64,000 bases of DNA from Phoronis australis (lineage: Eukaryota > Animalia > Phoronida), in NCBI GenBank assembly GCA_002633005.1, contig NMRA01000253.1, positions 383,251 to 447,250 on the forward strand, in the 5' to 3' direction. Made by a program: the position numbers and the translations under genes. The notes under the pieces were generated by a model. It saw only the letters and a program-made list of their open reading frames with translations, did not search any database and was not told the DNA's origin. Below are positions 1-11,917 of the stretch, one piece after another. How positions within the stretch are numbered: the first letter of the stretch is position 1; every line of letters begins with the position of its first letter.

Positions 1-1971
1 GCGCCACTGCTGAGGTTCTTCGTAGTGGTCATGTTTGATTTTCAATCGACAGTTGGTATCTATTTAGGAGGTGATCCTGCATTCTTGTTTTATATTTAGT
101 CAAAGTAATCTGCGTCACTTGGTTTCCATTTGAACTATTTCCGAGACTGTTTTGTTGGCCAAACTTCAGTAAGGTTGATCATGAGAATTACTCTACGTAT
201 ACATCACATGTTTGTCAGAGACGTCACCAATGCTAAAGTTTGAAATATCTCTACAGCAATCAGGGTCTTTTCAGACTTTACTAAAGGTAAAAAATGGGAC
301 CTAAAATCTAGCGTGTTTGAGCACTAACAAGTCCAACCATTTGTCGTGGTACAGAAAATATCTCCATCTATCTTCGATTAATTGTCATATGTAGCAACGT
401 AAAATAAGACTTTTCACTACCATTCGTAAAACCTGTGAGGGGTATTTGGAGTCCAACAACTCCAACTATTCGTAGTGTTACAGCGTATCTCCTGAACCCC
501 TTACAGGATGTTTACATTTGGCCATTGTATTAGTATGAAATTGACAATAAATGTATACCACTTTTGGACAGATACAACTACCACACTGCCCCCTGTTGCA
601 AGTGTTTCCGTATCTTTGAAGATCTTAGATGGATTTTCAAGAAATTTGGCAAAAGATATATCAACATGGATGAGACAACACCACCTTTTCATTTTTGGTG
701 GAGTTGTAGTATTCTAGGCCACCTTGTGGCTGTTTTTTGGCTTTGAAGCTTGATTCTTGACGTGTTTCAGCCAAATCGATCTAAAATTGGCATGTGTTCA
801 CTAAGTACAAGTTCTTTAACCGATCTTCATGAATCTTGGCAAGTGTTGTCATTGAGAAGAGTACGACGTAGGTGGATTTTAGGACCAATATGACTACGGC
901 TAATTTGCATGGATATTTTTTTTTCCTTTTGCATTCATATCTACATGTACCAAGCTCAGGGAATTATGCAAATAATTTACAATCCTTGACGTCAGCACGT
1001 GCCCCGTTTTGGATAGAACTGGTTTTAATATTATGTGTATTTTGGCAAATGCCTCGTGTGAAAAACTTAATTCATAATAAGATGTGCTTAGGTGATTCAT
1101 ATTAAAATTTAATCAAAACTTGAGTATTACCGGGAACATTGTGGCTAATATATTTAATGTTATATCTGGTTAATGTGGATTGTTTATTGATGAGATAGGT
1201 GTCGATAAATGCAAAACTGACATCTTATTTTTATGAATCACAATATTTTTATTTACGGCGCTTTCAAAGATTATTCAATGATGTTATCTTGGATTTCTAA
1301 CACTGTAAAGCCCAGGAAAGAGTTAGTGAGCGGCTTTCCGCTAACCCAAGGGAGTATTTCGCCGTGTGGTTTACTGTTTCTGATAGGTATTTGGAGTTTT
1401 TGATATCACATTGGATGGACATGGAAAAGCAACGAGCGATTTTATTATCTGGTATTTTCTCGAGTATCCACATTACCCGATCACACTTACACCGTAGGCA
1501 AAAGAGAAGGACCATTGGGGAAACAGTTCATGTCTTGAGACATAAAGCTCCATTCACTCAAGAAACAAATTTAATCGTTCACAGAATTATTATTTACTTC
1601 AGCCAAAATTACTAAACTTGGTGTTTTCTTAGCCTGGGTTCCTGAATGAATTGTACTTCCGGGTTCGTGGCAAGTTCAAAATGGCGGTGGTTATTCGGGT
1701 GCAAATCGTGAGTGGCGCGTTCATTTAAACTTTTTTAGAGTACGGATCGTGTATTAGTTATGGGGTAGGTACTTCACGCATCCTTATAACATCATCTAAC
1801 CATGTGATAAGGGTTAACAACGTGTGAGACCAGGACTTTAATGGTCCCTGAACGCTTCCCAGAACTGTCACTTGAGAACGTTTAATTATGAATAGATGTA
1901 CGTTTAATCAGTAAGTTCGGTGCGTGGCATAGTTTTGATCCGAAACGAAAACGATTATTTTGTATTTTTCT

Positions 1972-2353
1972 CATACGCGTTGAATCAGTCGAGTGCAATA
2001 CATCTATGTAACAATGTTTTCCGTATTCTCCTTCCGCACTACTTCAACAGCGACCTCTGACATGGAAAGTTCAAAAGGTAGGTCAATGTCGACTCGCCGT
2101 CGTTAGCCGATTCGATCATCAAATTTTTCGAAAATAGTTAAAAGTAATACAATGGCAGCAGTGTAACTAACACTCAACATGCAATCAGGTCCCAGTGGTA
2201 ACATCTGGAACAGTATTGTTAATTACATAACAGTTCTGACTCAGTTTTCAATTGCTATTTTTTTATCGGCTGCAACTCAGGCGCCAATTCCTCGGTAACT
2301 ACAGTATCAAACTTTGCTGTTATTTAACTGTTTTCAGTAGATGTTACAAGTTC
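1972..2353 (+). repeat. Dispersed repeat, copy 1 (unclassified TE fragment)
   Basis: Aligns along its length with 14377-14723, including the identical block GACCTCTGACATGGAAAGTTCAAAAGGTAGGTCAATGTCGACTCG. Confidence 0.9.
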
Positions 2354-2550
2354 TATTCACCTTTCTTTCCATCTTTCTTATCTATTTTAAGTTATAAATC
2401 TTTACATTTAAAACTGTTTCTTTTACTAGAGAAAACTTGCAACCTAACGCGCAAGAACATCCATATAGCATTTGATCCGCCACGTGAACAGTCTGAGTGA
2501 AGTATTAAAAAAAATCTGTTAAAAAAAGAAAGAAACTAAGGAGTTCGAAG

Positions 2551-2844
2551 CCTATGGGATAGATACAAAACGTACCTCGACTTGGGTACCTGAAGTAATA
2601 TCCCACTCGACATTATTCCGCGCATCGATCTCGATCTTCGGGATATTACTTTATGTACGCCACTCTCGGTACGTTTTGTGTGTGACATGTACAATTTGTG
2701 TTAATGCCCACACACGGAATTCCGTGTGTCGTACATCATGTTTCCACAGTGACACTTTTCAGTATAGGTGGCGCTGTGTCAGAAGGTACCTGTATGCCGA
2801 AAGAACGCACGATACCTGGCGCCTATTCTGGGATATTCCATAGG
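2551..2844. mobile_element. MITE-like element with nested inverted repeats
   Basis: Outer CCTATGGGATA / TATTCCATAGG; inner arms ACAAAACGTACC...AAGTAATATCCC (from 2565) and GGGATATTACTT...GGTACGTTTTGT (to 2679). Confidence 0.6.
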
Positions 2845-4030
2845 TTAACGGCGGAGGTGCGAAACTCTTGTCCGTTATCTATCCTTTCACTCTTAAGGTC
2901 ACGTTTTGAAACTTGTGTAGCTCAACCGAAAATTGGGAAAATGGCATGGTCTGGTTAGACGTCAATTTCGTGCACTAAATACATTTACTACGAACAATAA
3001 TCAGAAGCTCTTTAATATTACTTTGAGTGAAAGAAGTCTAGAAATTTGGCCTCGGCTCTTACTGTATCCACCTGTATAAATTGGTCCCGCCGTTTTCAAA
3101 ATGCAGCCTTGTTCAGTAGCGAGTTTTTGCAAGGGTGCAAGTACTCTCCAAACTTAGTGTAAATTGTCAAAAGATCTGGTCTGGTTGGTAATGAAATACT
3201 CAGCCCAAAGTTCTGGAACATAGAATGCATGAGCACTTGGAAAGTTGTCTACGCTCTTTTATCGACTAAGCGGTCTGTATGTTACGCATTTTTCCGTGTT
3301 TTGAGACACTATGTAAGCAGGAGTTTTATAGTAATCAATACCAGTGGATAATATCAAAATCAGCCATTCGATCTGTTGTCTTTGACTCACCGTTTGTACC
3401 AATAACTCAACAAGATTGTTTAAATTTCTAGGCTGAGTAAGGGTCAGATCGGAGTAGATTAGACGTTATACCCAGTTTTTGTAATTCTAGTTTTCGGAGG
3501 TCCATGGCGTGGACCATTATTAAAACACATGTCATCATAATAATTTAATTTCAGACGCTCCTTAGGTCAAAACCACATTGGCGTTTCTTTTGCAGCTTAC
3601 ATTTTGATTTTAGGATGCTTCATTTATGACTGTTGTAGCGAAACTTCTAAATAAGTAATGACGATCTTGTGCTTTTGTTGTTTCAAGGAGTAGTAACAAA
3701 AACGGAAACCAAGTGTAGACCATTTTCGATTAGTTATTTGCCAACGAATAACTCTTAAATGTTGCCGTATATGTTGTCTAGATGACGTAGTAACAACAGA
3801 GTGACGTCAAAATAAGATGTCGTCGAGTCTGGAGAACCCGACCGTTATTACTCAATCGAAAATTCGAGCATTCTCACCAATCAAATAGCAGATTTTGTCT
3901 AAGTCATTAACTCCCAGATTACCAGAATATGAGATCCTCAGTAAACGACTTCCCTGTATATCATAAACATTTTAAATCTGGTGTGCACCACCACATCAAG
4001 TGACGTTATGAGTCCGAAGATTTCTACCCT

Positions 4031-4099
4031 CGACTAGGACACGAACCCAGGACCTTCAGCAAAACGTGAAGACCCTCTAGCCACTGAGCCATCGAGACC
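4031..4099 (-). mobile_element. tRNA-derived SINE head or tRNA pseudogene
   Basis: Minus strand A-box TGGCTCAGTGG and B-box GGTTCGTGTCC at tRNA spacing; stems do not close into a clean cloverleaf. Confidence 0.65.
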
Positions 4100-4445
4100 A
4101 CTTCTATAGTTCCCAAACAGATTATTTTATTTAACGCGATTGTGCCAAATTGACACATGCAAAAAATGAGACAATTTGGAACGTTGTGACCACCTGTGCC
4201 TGGGTTCAGTTCCGTGCTGTTGCAAACCTCTTGCTTAGATTGTTCCTGTAATTTTCAAGGATCATCAATTATTTTACTGTGTAAAGAAATAAATGTGATT
4301 AGGGTGTTGCTGAAAGACAACATAAAAATCGTAAACTGCAGTACACTGAAATGAATTCTTCACCTTTCATCTAAATTTCAGATAATGGACGTTTGTGCAT
4401 TCTCATACTTCCCAATGCCATTATCCACAACCTTCGCTTGGTCAG

Positions 4446-4606
4446 TGTTTAGGCTTGTGTATGCCAGTGAATACAATCACATGTCCACCATTTTATTATT
4501 TATTTTTATAGAACGACCTTGACCTAACCCAGCTAGCAACATGCAATGCCATCTATTGATTAAGATATAAATCACAGCTACAACAAGTCAGTTAACATCT
4601 ACAACA
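4446..4606 (-). repeat. 3' LTR of the Gypsy element
   Basis: 161 bp with TG...CA ends; matches 8944-9104 base for base by eye; has AATAAA on the minus strand. Confidence 0.96.
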
Positions 4607-4617
4607 TCTCCTCTCCT
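4607..4617 (-). promoter_or_regulatory. Polypurine tract
   Basis: Minus strand GGAGAGGAGA purine run abutting the TG of the 3' LTR. Confidence 0.85.
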
Positions 4618-4784
4618 AAAAAGGTAGAACCTAAATACTGATTAATGAACGATCTAGAAATAGTAAACTAAACACTAACACTGGGAAGGAGTAGACTGTC
4701 CATCCCAGAACACAATGACAAGGGATTATTCTGCCCTATAAGTCAAAGTGTTACCGCTAACTACTCTATAAAACTACTTATAGA

Positions 4785-7700
4785 CTAATCGGAGTATCTA
4801 CTTGGTTTGCGAACTACTCGGCCTGATCTGTTGGTGACGACAGGCGAGGAAGTATGCTGCAGTGGTGGAGGCTCTTCAGCCGGCGAACAAGCTGGTGGTT
4901 GTTCAGGACTAGGAGGTGGTTCAGCCGAAGACTTCTCAGTAAGACTAGAAGAATTATCGGATCTAATAAATCTTCTGTTTCGGCGGTACACTTTACCATC
5001 TGTCTCAACCAGATATGAGCGATCTCCAACTTTTCCTACCAAGGAGCCTTTACTCCAAGGATATTTGGGATTCTGTGGCTGAAGTCTGACGTTGTCACCA
5101 ATCTGGAGCTCCGGCAGTGGTTTCGCATCTCGGTCGTAATGCTTCTTGGCAACCTGTCTCTTCTTCATGAGGTTGTCGTATACTCCGTCGCATACTTGGG
5201 GTTTCAATAGTCCATTTGCTGTTGGCATGGTTGTCTTTGTTCGACGCGACATCAACTTCTGAATGGGACTCTGACCATCTTGGTCTGGTGTGTTTCGCCA
5301 TTCGAGAAGTGCCAATTGCAAGTCGGTGTCATCTCGTTTACACTTCTTCACCAAATTCTTAGCTATCTTCACTGCGGACTCGGCTTTCCCATTGCTTTGA
5401 CTGTGTAGGGGTGAACTGGTGATGTGTTCGAAGTTCCAGGTCTGGCGGAACTCTTCGAACTCCTGACTAGTGTACTGAGGACCGTTGTCCGTTACCATAT
5501 CGGCAATACCATGTCGAGCGAAATGATCTTTGGTTGTCTCAATCACAGTCTTGGCAGTGGTATCTTCTAAGTGGTCAAGCTCAAAGTAATCGCTGAAATA
5601 ATCTACAGTTACCAAGTAGTGCTCACCATAAAGCTGGAACAAATCTTGTCCAACCTTGGACCATGGTAGAGTTGGTAACTTGTGCGTTATAAGCGGTTCC
5701 TTCTGTTGCCTTGAAAGGTACTCATTGCATACTGGGCATGACTTGACTTTCTCTGTTATGTCGTTAGCCATCCCAGGCCAAAATACGACATCTCGTGCTC
5801 TGCGTATGCAAGCTTCAGCTCCAAGGTGGCTGGTATGTGAACGAACTATCATCTGTGGGCGCATGGTGGCTGGTATAAGTGCTTTCATACCCTTGTATAT
5901 TACACCATCTTGCACCGTCAACTCATCTCGGAAATTCCAATATTCACGAATACAAGCAGGAGCTTCCTGACGACTATCAGGCCAACCAGTCAGAACTGTG
6001 ACAGCTAGCGACTGCAAAACAGGGTCCGCTTGGGTACATCGCTGTATTTGCAGATGTGTGGTCAAAGCTAATGACAAGTGATCACGTTGCTTAATTGATG
6101 CAATATCCTCGCACAGACTGGTTTCTAGTGACATCTGAAACACATAGCACCTTGGATGTTCTTCCTTCGCAGGTTGTACTGGCAAGTACGCTCTGGAAAG
6201 CATGTCAGCTATGAACATCTGTATACCTGGTAGATGCTGAACGTCTAGGTTATACTTCTGCAGCCTCATCAACATTCTCTGGAGCCTTTTTGGAGCATTA
6301 TGTATGGATTTCTTGAATATGGAAATTAGTGGACGATGATCAGTCTGGACATGTATCACATCACGACCATGCAAATACTGGTCAAAGCGCTCGCATGAAA
6401 GAACTATAGCCAAACATTCCTTCTCAATCTGAGCATAACCTTGCTCCGTTGATGACAAGGCTCGAGAAGCGAAAGCAACTGGCTGTCCAGCTTGCATGAG
6501 GGCCATGCCAATGCCTTTGTCCGATGCGTCACATTGTATGGTTACAGGGGCATTGACATCATAGTATCGCAGTACAGGGGTGTCTGCCATAAGCTTGAGT
6601 ATCGCTTGATAAGCTTTCTCTTGTTGTGACTGCCATGTCCACACAACATCCTTCTGAGTCAAACGTCGAAGCGGCTCACTAACGTCTGACAGCTTGGGTA
6701 GAAAACGGGAAAGATAATTGACACTTCCCAACAAGCGTTGAATAGCTTTCGCGTTCTCTGGACGAGGCATATTCAGAATCGCTTCTACTTTAGCTGGATC
6801 GGGCCTAACACCTTCAGCAGTGAACAAATGACCCATATATGTAACTTCATCCAGTTTAAATCTCAGCTTCTTAGGATTGAGCTTCAGATTCACTTTACGC
6901 ATTCTCTCAAGTAGAGCAATCATGTTTCTGTCATGGTCTGCCTCGGCCTCTTCAACAGAGTCTCCTGATCCAAAACAGATGATGTCATCAGCTATCACGT
7001 CTACGCCATGTAGTCCATCAAGTACTTCTTTCTGTCTACGTTGGTACTCTTCTGGAGCACTGGAAATACCTTGTGGACATCTGAGGTATCGGTACCTTCC
7101 AAAGGGAGACCAGAAAGTAGTGAGGTAGCTGCTTTCTTCTGTAAGTTTTATTTGGAAGAATCCATCCTTAGCGTCAAGGACTGAGAAGACTTTTGCCTTA
7201 GACAAAGTAGGTAGTAGTTCATCCAGCGTCGGCATTTGATATTTGGGTCGCTTTATTGCTTGATTCAAGTCTTTCGGATCGATGCAAATTCTGAGTTTGT
7301 CACCTTTGCTCACCGCAACTAAACTGCTGATCCAATCTGTTGGTTCTGTGACCCTTGCTATTATTCCTTGTTCTGCCATGCTTTCCAATTTCTCTTTTAG
7401 CTTCTTCCGCAGAGGCACAGGAACTCTTCTGGGTGTGTGCTGTACCGGTGGCACACTGTTGTCTACCTCAATGGTGTATTCGCCTGGCAAACAGCCTAAG
7501 CCATGAAATACATCATGATACCTTTGTAGGACATCTGTCTTGCAAAGGGGTGTTGCTGCAGCAGTATGAATTGTAGATCCATGTATGGAGATCCATCCGC
7601 GGTCGATACAGAGCTCTCCATTAATAATAGGCCAGGGTGCCTGTGGCACTATGTCAAACCTCTCTGTAAAAACGGGACAATCATCTCTACTGATGTCTAA

Positions 7701-8789
7701 CGAATAAGTTCCAAGGGGTTGAATCTTCGTGCCATCATAGAACTCTATAGAGCTAGTGCAGGGATGTAAATCTACCTTGTCGGACTGCAGTATTCCTTGT
7801 AGTGTTGCTAGTGACATGGCACTACAAGTCGCTCCACTGTCAAGCTGCACAGGGATTGTAGTCACCACTTTGCTGTGAAAGGTCATGGGTACCATCGTGC
7901 GCACACTTTTCCGGGTTCGTCTTGTACTGAATATGGAATCGTCCGATTCATAATCATGTGCGTTACCTACATCTGTGTGACTGGTTTGGTGAACTTTTTT
8001 CTTTGTACTGCGGCATACCGATGGTAGATGGTTGTTTCTACCACATTTCGTACAGCGATTCCCAAATGCTGGACACTTTCCTTTTTCGTGCACTGTTCCA
8101 CAGTAGCCGCAAGGTTTCTTCTCTCTCTGTTTTTTAGGTTTGGTAGAAGCCATTTTCTTGTAAGTTTGTTTATCTTTAGATTTCATTGCAGCGTGGACCT
8201 GACGATCAGTATTTTGTATTTCTGACCTGTGCGTGCGGGACATCTCAGATGCACGCAATGTGTCGATACAACGTGTAAGGGTGGGTACTGGGCGCTCGCG
8301 TAGCAACCTGTCTCTGCCATGGCTGTCTGTGGTGCCGATAACCAATCGATCCCTTATGAGGCTTTCGGTCAAACTCCCAAATTCACACGATTCAGCAAGC
8401 TGTCTCAGTCGTATGACAAATTCATCAACTGTTTCCTTTTCCGTCTGCTGGGCTTTGTTGAACTTGAAGCGTTCATACAGGACATGTCGTTGAGGTACAA
8501 AATGATTCTCTAACTTTTCAAGTATCTTGAGATAATCTTGTTTGTCCTCCTCCGTGACGTCTGGCAGGGCATTAAGAATTTTGAGACATGCTTGGCCCAT
8601 AACTGAACACAATGTTGCTGCAACCAGTTTCATTCCAGCAGGGGAAGGTTCCTCATCTACAGTCAGTTTTGATTGCAAGTCAGTAGCAATAACATAAAAC
8701 TGCCATGCACTTTTAAAGTCTTTCCAATTTTCCACTAAGTCTCCTTTTACACTCATAGGTGCCGGTGGAGGTATCTGGTAGGAAGCCAT
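4785..8789 (-). CDS. Gag-Pol polyprotein (1334 aa from the ATG at 8789)
   Basis: Two Zn knuckles (CGYCGTVHEKGKC, CTKCGRNNHLPSVC), protease LDSGA, RT (LDAKDGFFQ, PQG, IADD), RNase H (CDAS, EKE, TDH), integrase HHCC (HTSH...CPVC) and DDE (DLF, DNG, ESAV). The ORF track starts at an upstream TTG (8813); caaaATGG at 8789 is the likelier start. Confidence 0.96.
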   Translation of the reverse strand: MASYQIPPPAPMSVKGDLVENWKDFKSAWQFYVIATDLQSKLTVDEEPSPAGMKLVAATLCSVMGQACLKILNALPDVTEEDKQDYLKILEKLENHFVPQRHVLYERFKFNKAQQTEKETVDEFVIRLRQLAESCEFGSLTESLIRDRLVIGTTDSHGRDRLLRERPVPTLTRCIDTLRASEMSRTHRSEIQNTDRQVHAAMKSKDKQTYKKMASTKPKKQREKKPCGYCGTVHEKGKCPAFGNRCTKCGRNNHLPSVCRSTKKKVHQTSHTDVGNAHDYESDDSIFSTRRTRKSVRTMVPMTFHSKVVTTIPVQLDSGATCSAMSLATLQGILQSDKVDLHPCTSSIEFYDGTKIQPLGTYSLDISRDDCPVFTERFDIVPQAPWPIINGELCIDRGWISIHGSTIHTAAATPLCKTDVLQRYHDVFHGLGCLPGEYTIEVDNSVPPVQHTPRRVPVPLRKKLKEKLESMAEQGIIARVTEPTDWISSLVAVSKGDKLRICIDPKDLNQAIKRPKYQMPTLDELLPTLSKAKVFSVLDAKDGFFQIKLTEESSYLTTFWSPFGRYRYLRCPQGISSAPEEYQRRQKEVLDGLHGVDVIADDIICFGSGDSVEEAEADHDRNMIALLERMRKVNLKLNPKKLRFKLDEVTYMGHLFTAEGVRPDPAKVEAILNMPRPENAKAIQRLLGSVNYLSRFLPKLSDVSEPLRRLTQKDVVWTWQSQQEKAYQAILKLMADTPVLRYYDVNAPVTIQCDASDKGIGMALMQAGQPVAFASRALSSTEQGYAQIEKECLAIVLSCERFDQYLHGRDVIHVQTDHRPLISIFKKSIHNAPKRLQRMLMRLQKYNLDVQHLPGIQMFIADMLSRAYLPVQPAKEEHPRCYVFQMSLETSLCEDIASIKQRDHLSLALTTHLQIQRCTQADPVLQSLAVTVLTGWPDSRQEAPACIREYWNFRDELTVQDGVIYKGMKALIPATMRPQMIVRSHTSHLGAEACIRRARDVVFWPGMANDITEKVKSCPVCNEYLSRQQKEPLITHKLPTLPWSKVGQDLFQLYGEHYLVTVDYFSDYFELDHLEDTTAKTVIETTKDHFARHGIADMVTDNGPQYTSQEFEEFRQTWNFEHITSSPLHSQSNGKAESAVKIAKNLVKKCKRDDTDLQLALLEWRNTPDQDGQSPIQKLMSRRTKTTMPTANGLLKPQVCDGVYDNLMKKRQVAKKHYDRDAKPLPELQIGDNVRLQPQNPKYPWSKGSLVGKVGDRSYLVETDGKVYRRNRRFIRSDNSSSLTEKSSAEPPPSPEQPPACSPAEEPPPLQHTSSPVVTNRSGRVVRKPSRYSD

Positions 8790-8928
8790 TTTGTTTTGGG
8801 AAGGAAAGTTCAAAAAGTGCTGAGCTCAGAAACTGTCACTGAAATCACAACAGCACCAGTCCCAATTCAGTGTTTATCACAATGTCTGTATAAACCACAA
8901 GTACTCACTGAATGTGTGGTGGTTCCGT

Positions 8929-8943
8929 CCGTTCCTGACACCA
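8929..8943 (-). promoter_or_regulatory. Primer binding site, probably tRNA-Leu
   Basis: TGGTGTCAGGAACGG directly after the 5' LTR; TGGTGTCAGGA is complementary to a TCCTGACACCA 3' end, as recalled for animal tRNA-Leu(CAG). Confidence 0.8.
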
Positions 8944-9104
8944 TGTTTAGGCTTGTGTATGCCAGTGAATACAATCACATGTCCACCATTTTATTATTTA
9001 TTTTTATAGAACGACCTTGACCTAACCCAGCTAGCAACATGCAATGCCATCTATTGATTAAGATATAAATCACAGCTACAACAAGTCAGTTAACATCTAC
9101 AACA
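8944..9104 (-). repeat. 5' LTR of the Gypsy element
   Basis: 161-bp direct repeat of 4446-4606, followed on the minus strand by the PBS. Confidence 0.96.
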
Positions 9105-9477
9105 GTCAGTTTCTATAGCGTTAGCATGAAATATCTTTTGTAAATGTCCTTCACGAAACGGCACTATTGCTAAATTAGTGTTAATGGTTGACTTAGGTCA
9201 TTACTGGCTCTATTAGAGACCCAAGTTCCCAAAATCTTGTATTTATCTGGGAGGACCAATTTAAATCCTCTTAACTCACACAATGTCCATGAGTCATTTA
9301 CATGACTGATGTTTATCTTGAGGGCATTACACTCCATGTTTTAATAACCTGGTTCAGCTCCCGGTTGTATCATAAATCAACTGACATAACAACCCAGCTA
9401 TCGTATTAGTAAATTGGTTAACCTGGAAATTAGTACACAAAGGAGTTCGTAACTGTCTTCTTAGCTGTTTTTTTTTA

Positions 9478-9650
9478 CATTTTAGTAACTATGCGCCTAC
9501 ATGTATACATATGTGGATGAATGTTGCTGTCACCTCTACTGTGCCTTGACGTCCGTCGTCCGATGCCCGGTGCTGTATCTCCTAAATCCTTGGCCGGATC
9601 CTAATGAGATTGGGCAAATGGCGACAAATTTCGGACCTAGTTGACTACCG
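9478..9650 (+). mobile_element. Possible Helentron/DINE-1-like (HINE) fragment
   Basis: TTTTTAG start, CGTCCGTCGTCCG microsatellite-like core, then TATCTCCTAAATCC...GGCCGGATCC...ATGAGATTGG, the layout recalled for DINE-1/pearl-like elements. Confidence 0.4.
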
Positions 9651-11917
9651 CTCTCTCCTCTAATGACAAGTTTAGTATGTATGCATCTGTGTCTTCAGAG
9701 ATTCCCGATAGTTTGTCTATTAAGGAGGCCACAACATCATCCTACGTTGGACTGATTTGACATACATGTACTCTTCGCAACCGAGCGAGAATTGAAAATA
9801 AACCAAGCCCGTTTTTGCTGTGACTTCCGCCTCTTATGGATATGCAGCAAAGGGTTCGAAGGATAATTGTGAAATTTGACGTGTTCGACTTTTTTGAAAA
9901 ACCCTAGAAGCGAATTCTGTAGTTTAGCATCTACGGATGTTTTTCTTAACCCCTTGTATGACTTTTGTTGGTTTGATCGTGTGGCCAGAGGAGCTGCTGT
10001 TAAGACATTGTAAAAAAGGTATAGTGCAATATGTCTTAACCCTCTATGTAGACCTACCGTGTACGTTAAGATGGTTGAGAAGTTCGGTTGTGGCAGTATT
10101 TTCCGATGAAATGAAAATATCGATTCAAAAGTAGAGTTCCACCTCGCTCTGGGCACTTGTATGAAAAGGAGGCTCTTATTGCCTGGTAAAAGCATTAGCA
10201 TTTCAGTCAAGAGTTTTTTAACGCCAAGGGTTCAGAACTCGACTTCAATACAATGTTAACTATTTTCTCACATACATATATTAGCATAACGGGTTCTTTG
10301 ATTCGGTCCGGTGCCTGTTTTACAAAATGTATTTAAGAATCATGAATGGATATTTTTGTTGACAATACGCAACTCCTTCTGTTCATTGTGTACATCTTCT
10401 AACATCTGCAAATTGTTGAAAATATAGCGTAATAAGTTGCAGATAGACCGTTGTCTTTATTCTTTTGGGTAGTCTATCCTATACGTGCAAATACATATAT
10501 ACTTGGGTGTGTGTCATTGCGCGCGTGGGTGTATGTGTGTGCGCGCGCATGTGGGTGTATTTTAAATTTTCCTACACATTTAAATGAGAAACTATCGGAT
10601 CACTCCATGTCGATAACCTTTCTAGGTCTGGCTTGTAAGGTACGGAATCTTCCTATACTCCTCTAAAACAACCTTTGCCTTGTTTTTGTTCCGGAAATTA
10701 ATGACAGCTGCACACTGTTTAATTGGCTGGATACGGTTCTGTGGTGTAAAACTTAGATACAAATATACGCCAATGGGACAGTGTGCTCAAAACGGAATTT
10801 TATATGCACATTTGAGGGGAACAATCCCGTGCAATCATTAGGAAACGCATGGTCGAATGTTTATGACGTCATGAGCTCATTTTAAGCTTGACTTATCTCG
10901 GCAGGAAAATCAAACAGGGCGCAAAAACGCTCAACACTTCTCCGTCAAACAATACAAAGAAGCACAAATAAACATTTCATAGTAATTGGGTCAATGATGT
11001 GCGATTTCAATTTCCATGAGGGGCGACGTACAAATTGCTATAAATTTAAAATGTTCTATAAACAGAAATTGTCAACGTCCGTATACTACTCCAGTGTCAT
11101 CAACAAAGCGATTGAACGAAAACGTTTTCAACTGTATCCTTGAACTAGAAAACAGACACCTCAGTTTATCACATTTTCCGCGATACAGTGTTCAACCACA
11201 AATTCAGTCACATCAGGCGTGTAGAAAATGTAATTGAACTAAATTTAAAATGTATGCATACACAGTTTACAGTGCACTTTTCCTTTAAAGCCTAACACAT
11301 GTGACACTATAAGCGTGTCACTCAGACGTATTTCTTATATATTATAATTTATATTCTTAACTCACTTTATCAAGGGAGAGGTACATTTTTACTTCAAATA
11401 GAAGACGCAAGAGGACTAATTATGTGCACTACACAGTAATTACGAAGTGTTGTCTAAACTCGGCATCTGGCATCATGCCCTTAGTCAGCTATTGCAACGA
11501 GCAAGTGTGAAAATGTTGTTAGAGGACCAATCGCTTTTACCTCTTCCCACAACACGCTCAATCACAGCCAATTTTCCACTCACGATGGTCAACCTTCACA
11601 TTGTATAACCTTTGTCCGTAAGAGGTTCGTCAGGTGCCGTTCTCATGATCACCCGTCGGATCTCTTAGCTACCGAGAACTGAAGCACTTCTGTCGTCCTT
11701 TTCTAAATTGCGTACCCAGTTTAGGCATAGGCCTACACACGTATCGATGCACTTAAATTAAATTGCGGTGAGTATGCGCTCGCTACCAGGGTCAAGCAGG
11801 AAATGGCAGTGAACTGCGTCCACGTCCTTACTCCAGAGCTTAACCAAAAGAGGCCCTAGCGTTAATTGGCTCATAACAAAAGAAGTTACGTGTACCTGCA
11901 TTTCGAGGCACGTACCC

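Larger units (their letters stand above)
4446..9104 (-). mobile_element. Full-length Ty3/Gypsy LTR retrotransposon, Mag-like clade
   Basis: Two 161-bp TG...CA LTRs, 5-bp TSD GTCAG at 4441-4445 and 9105-9109, PBS and PPT in the expected places, single uninterrupted gag-pol ORF in PR-RT-RH-IN order. Confidence 0.97.

Noticed and set aside
1655-1690. ACTTCCGG plus CAAAATGGCGG (ETS and YY1-like motifs) as a promoter
   Set aside because: No associated gene in the window, and the same motifs recur inside TE remnants elsewhere in it.
4031-4099. Functional tRNA gene
   Set aside because: A and B boxes are present but the acceptor and anticodon stems do not pair convincingly; called a SINE head or pseudogene.
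4807-9020. Plus-strand ORFs of 64-104 aa overlapping the Gypsy element
   Set aside because: Antisense shadows of the long gag-pol frame with no recognisable motifs.
10580-11288. Kolobok-like MITE bounded by TTAA (similar lone ends at 20405 and 26378)
   Set aside because: Only about 10 of 13 terminal bases match, which is not enough to call.
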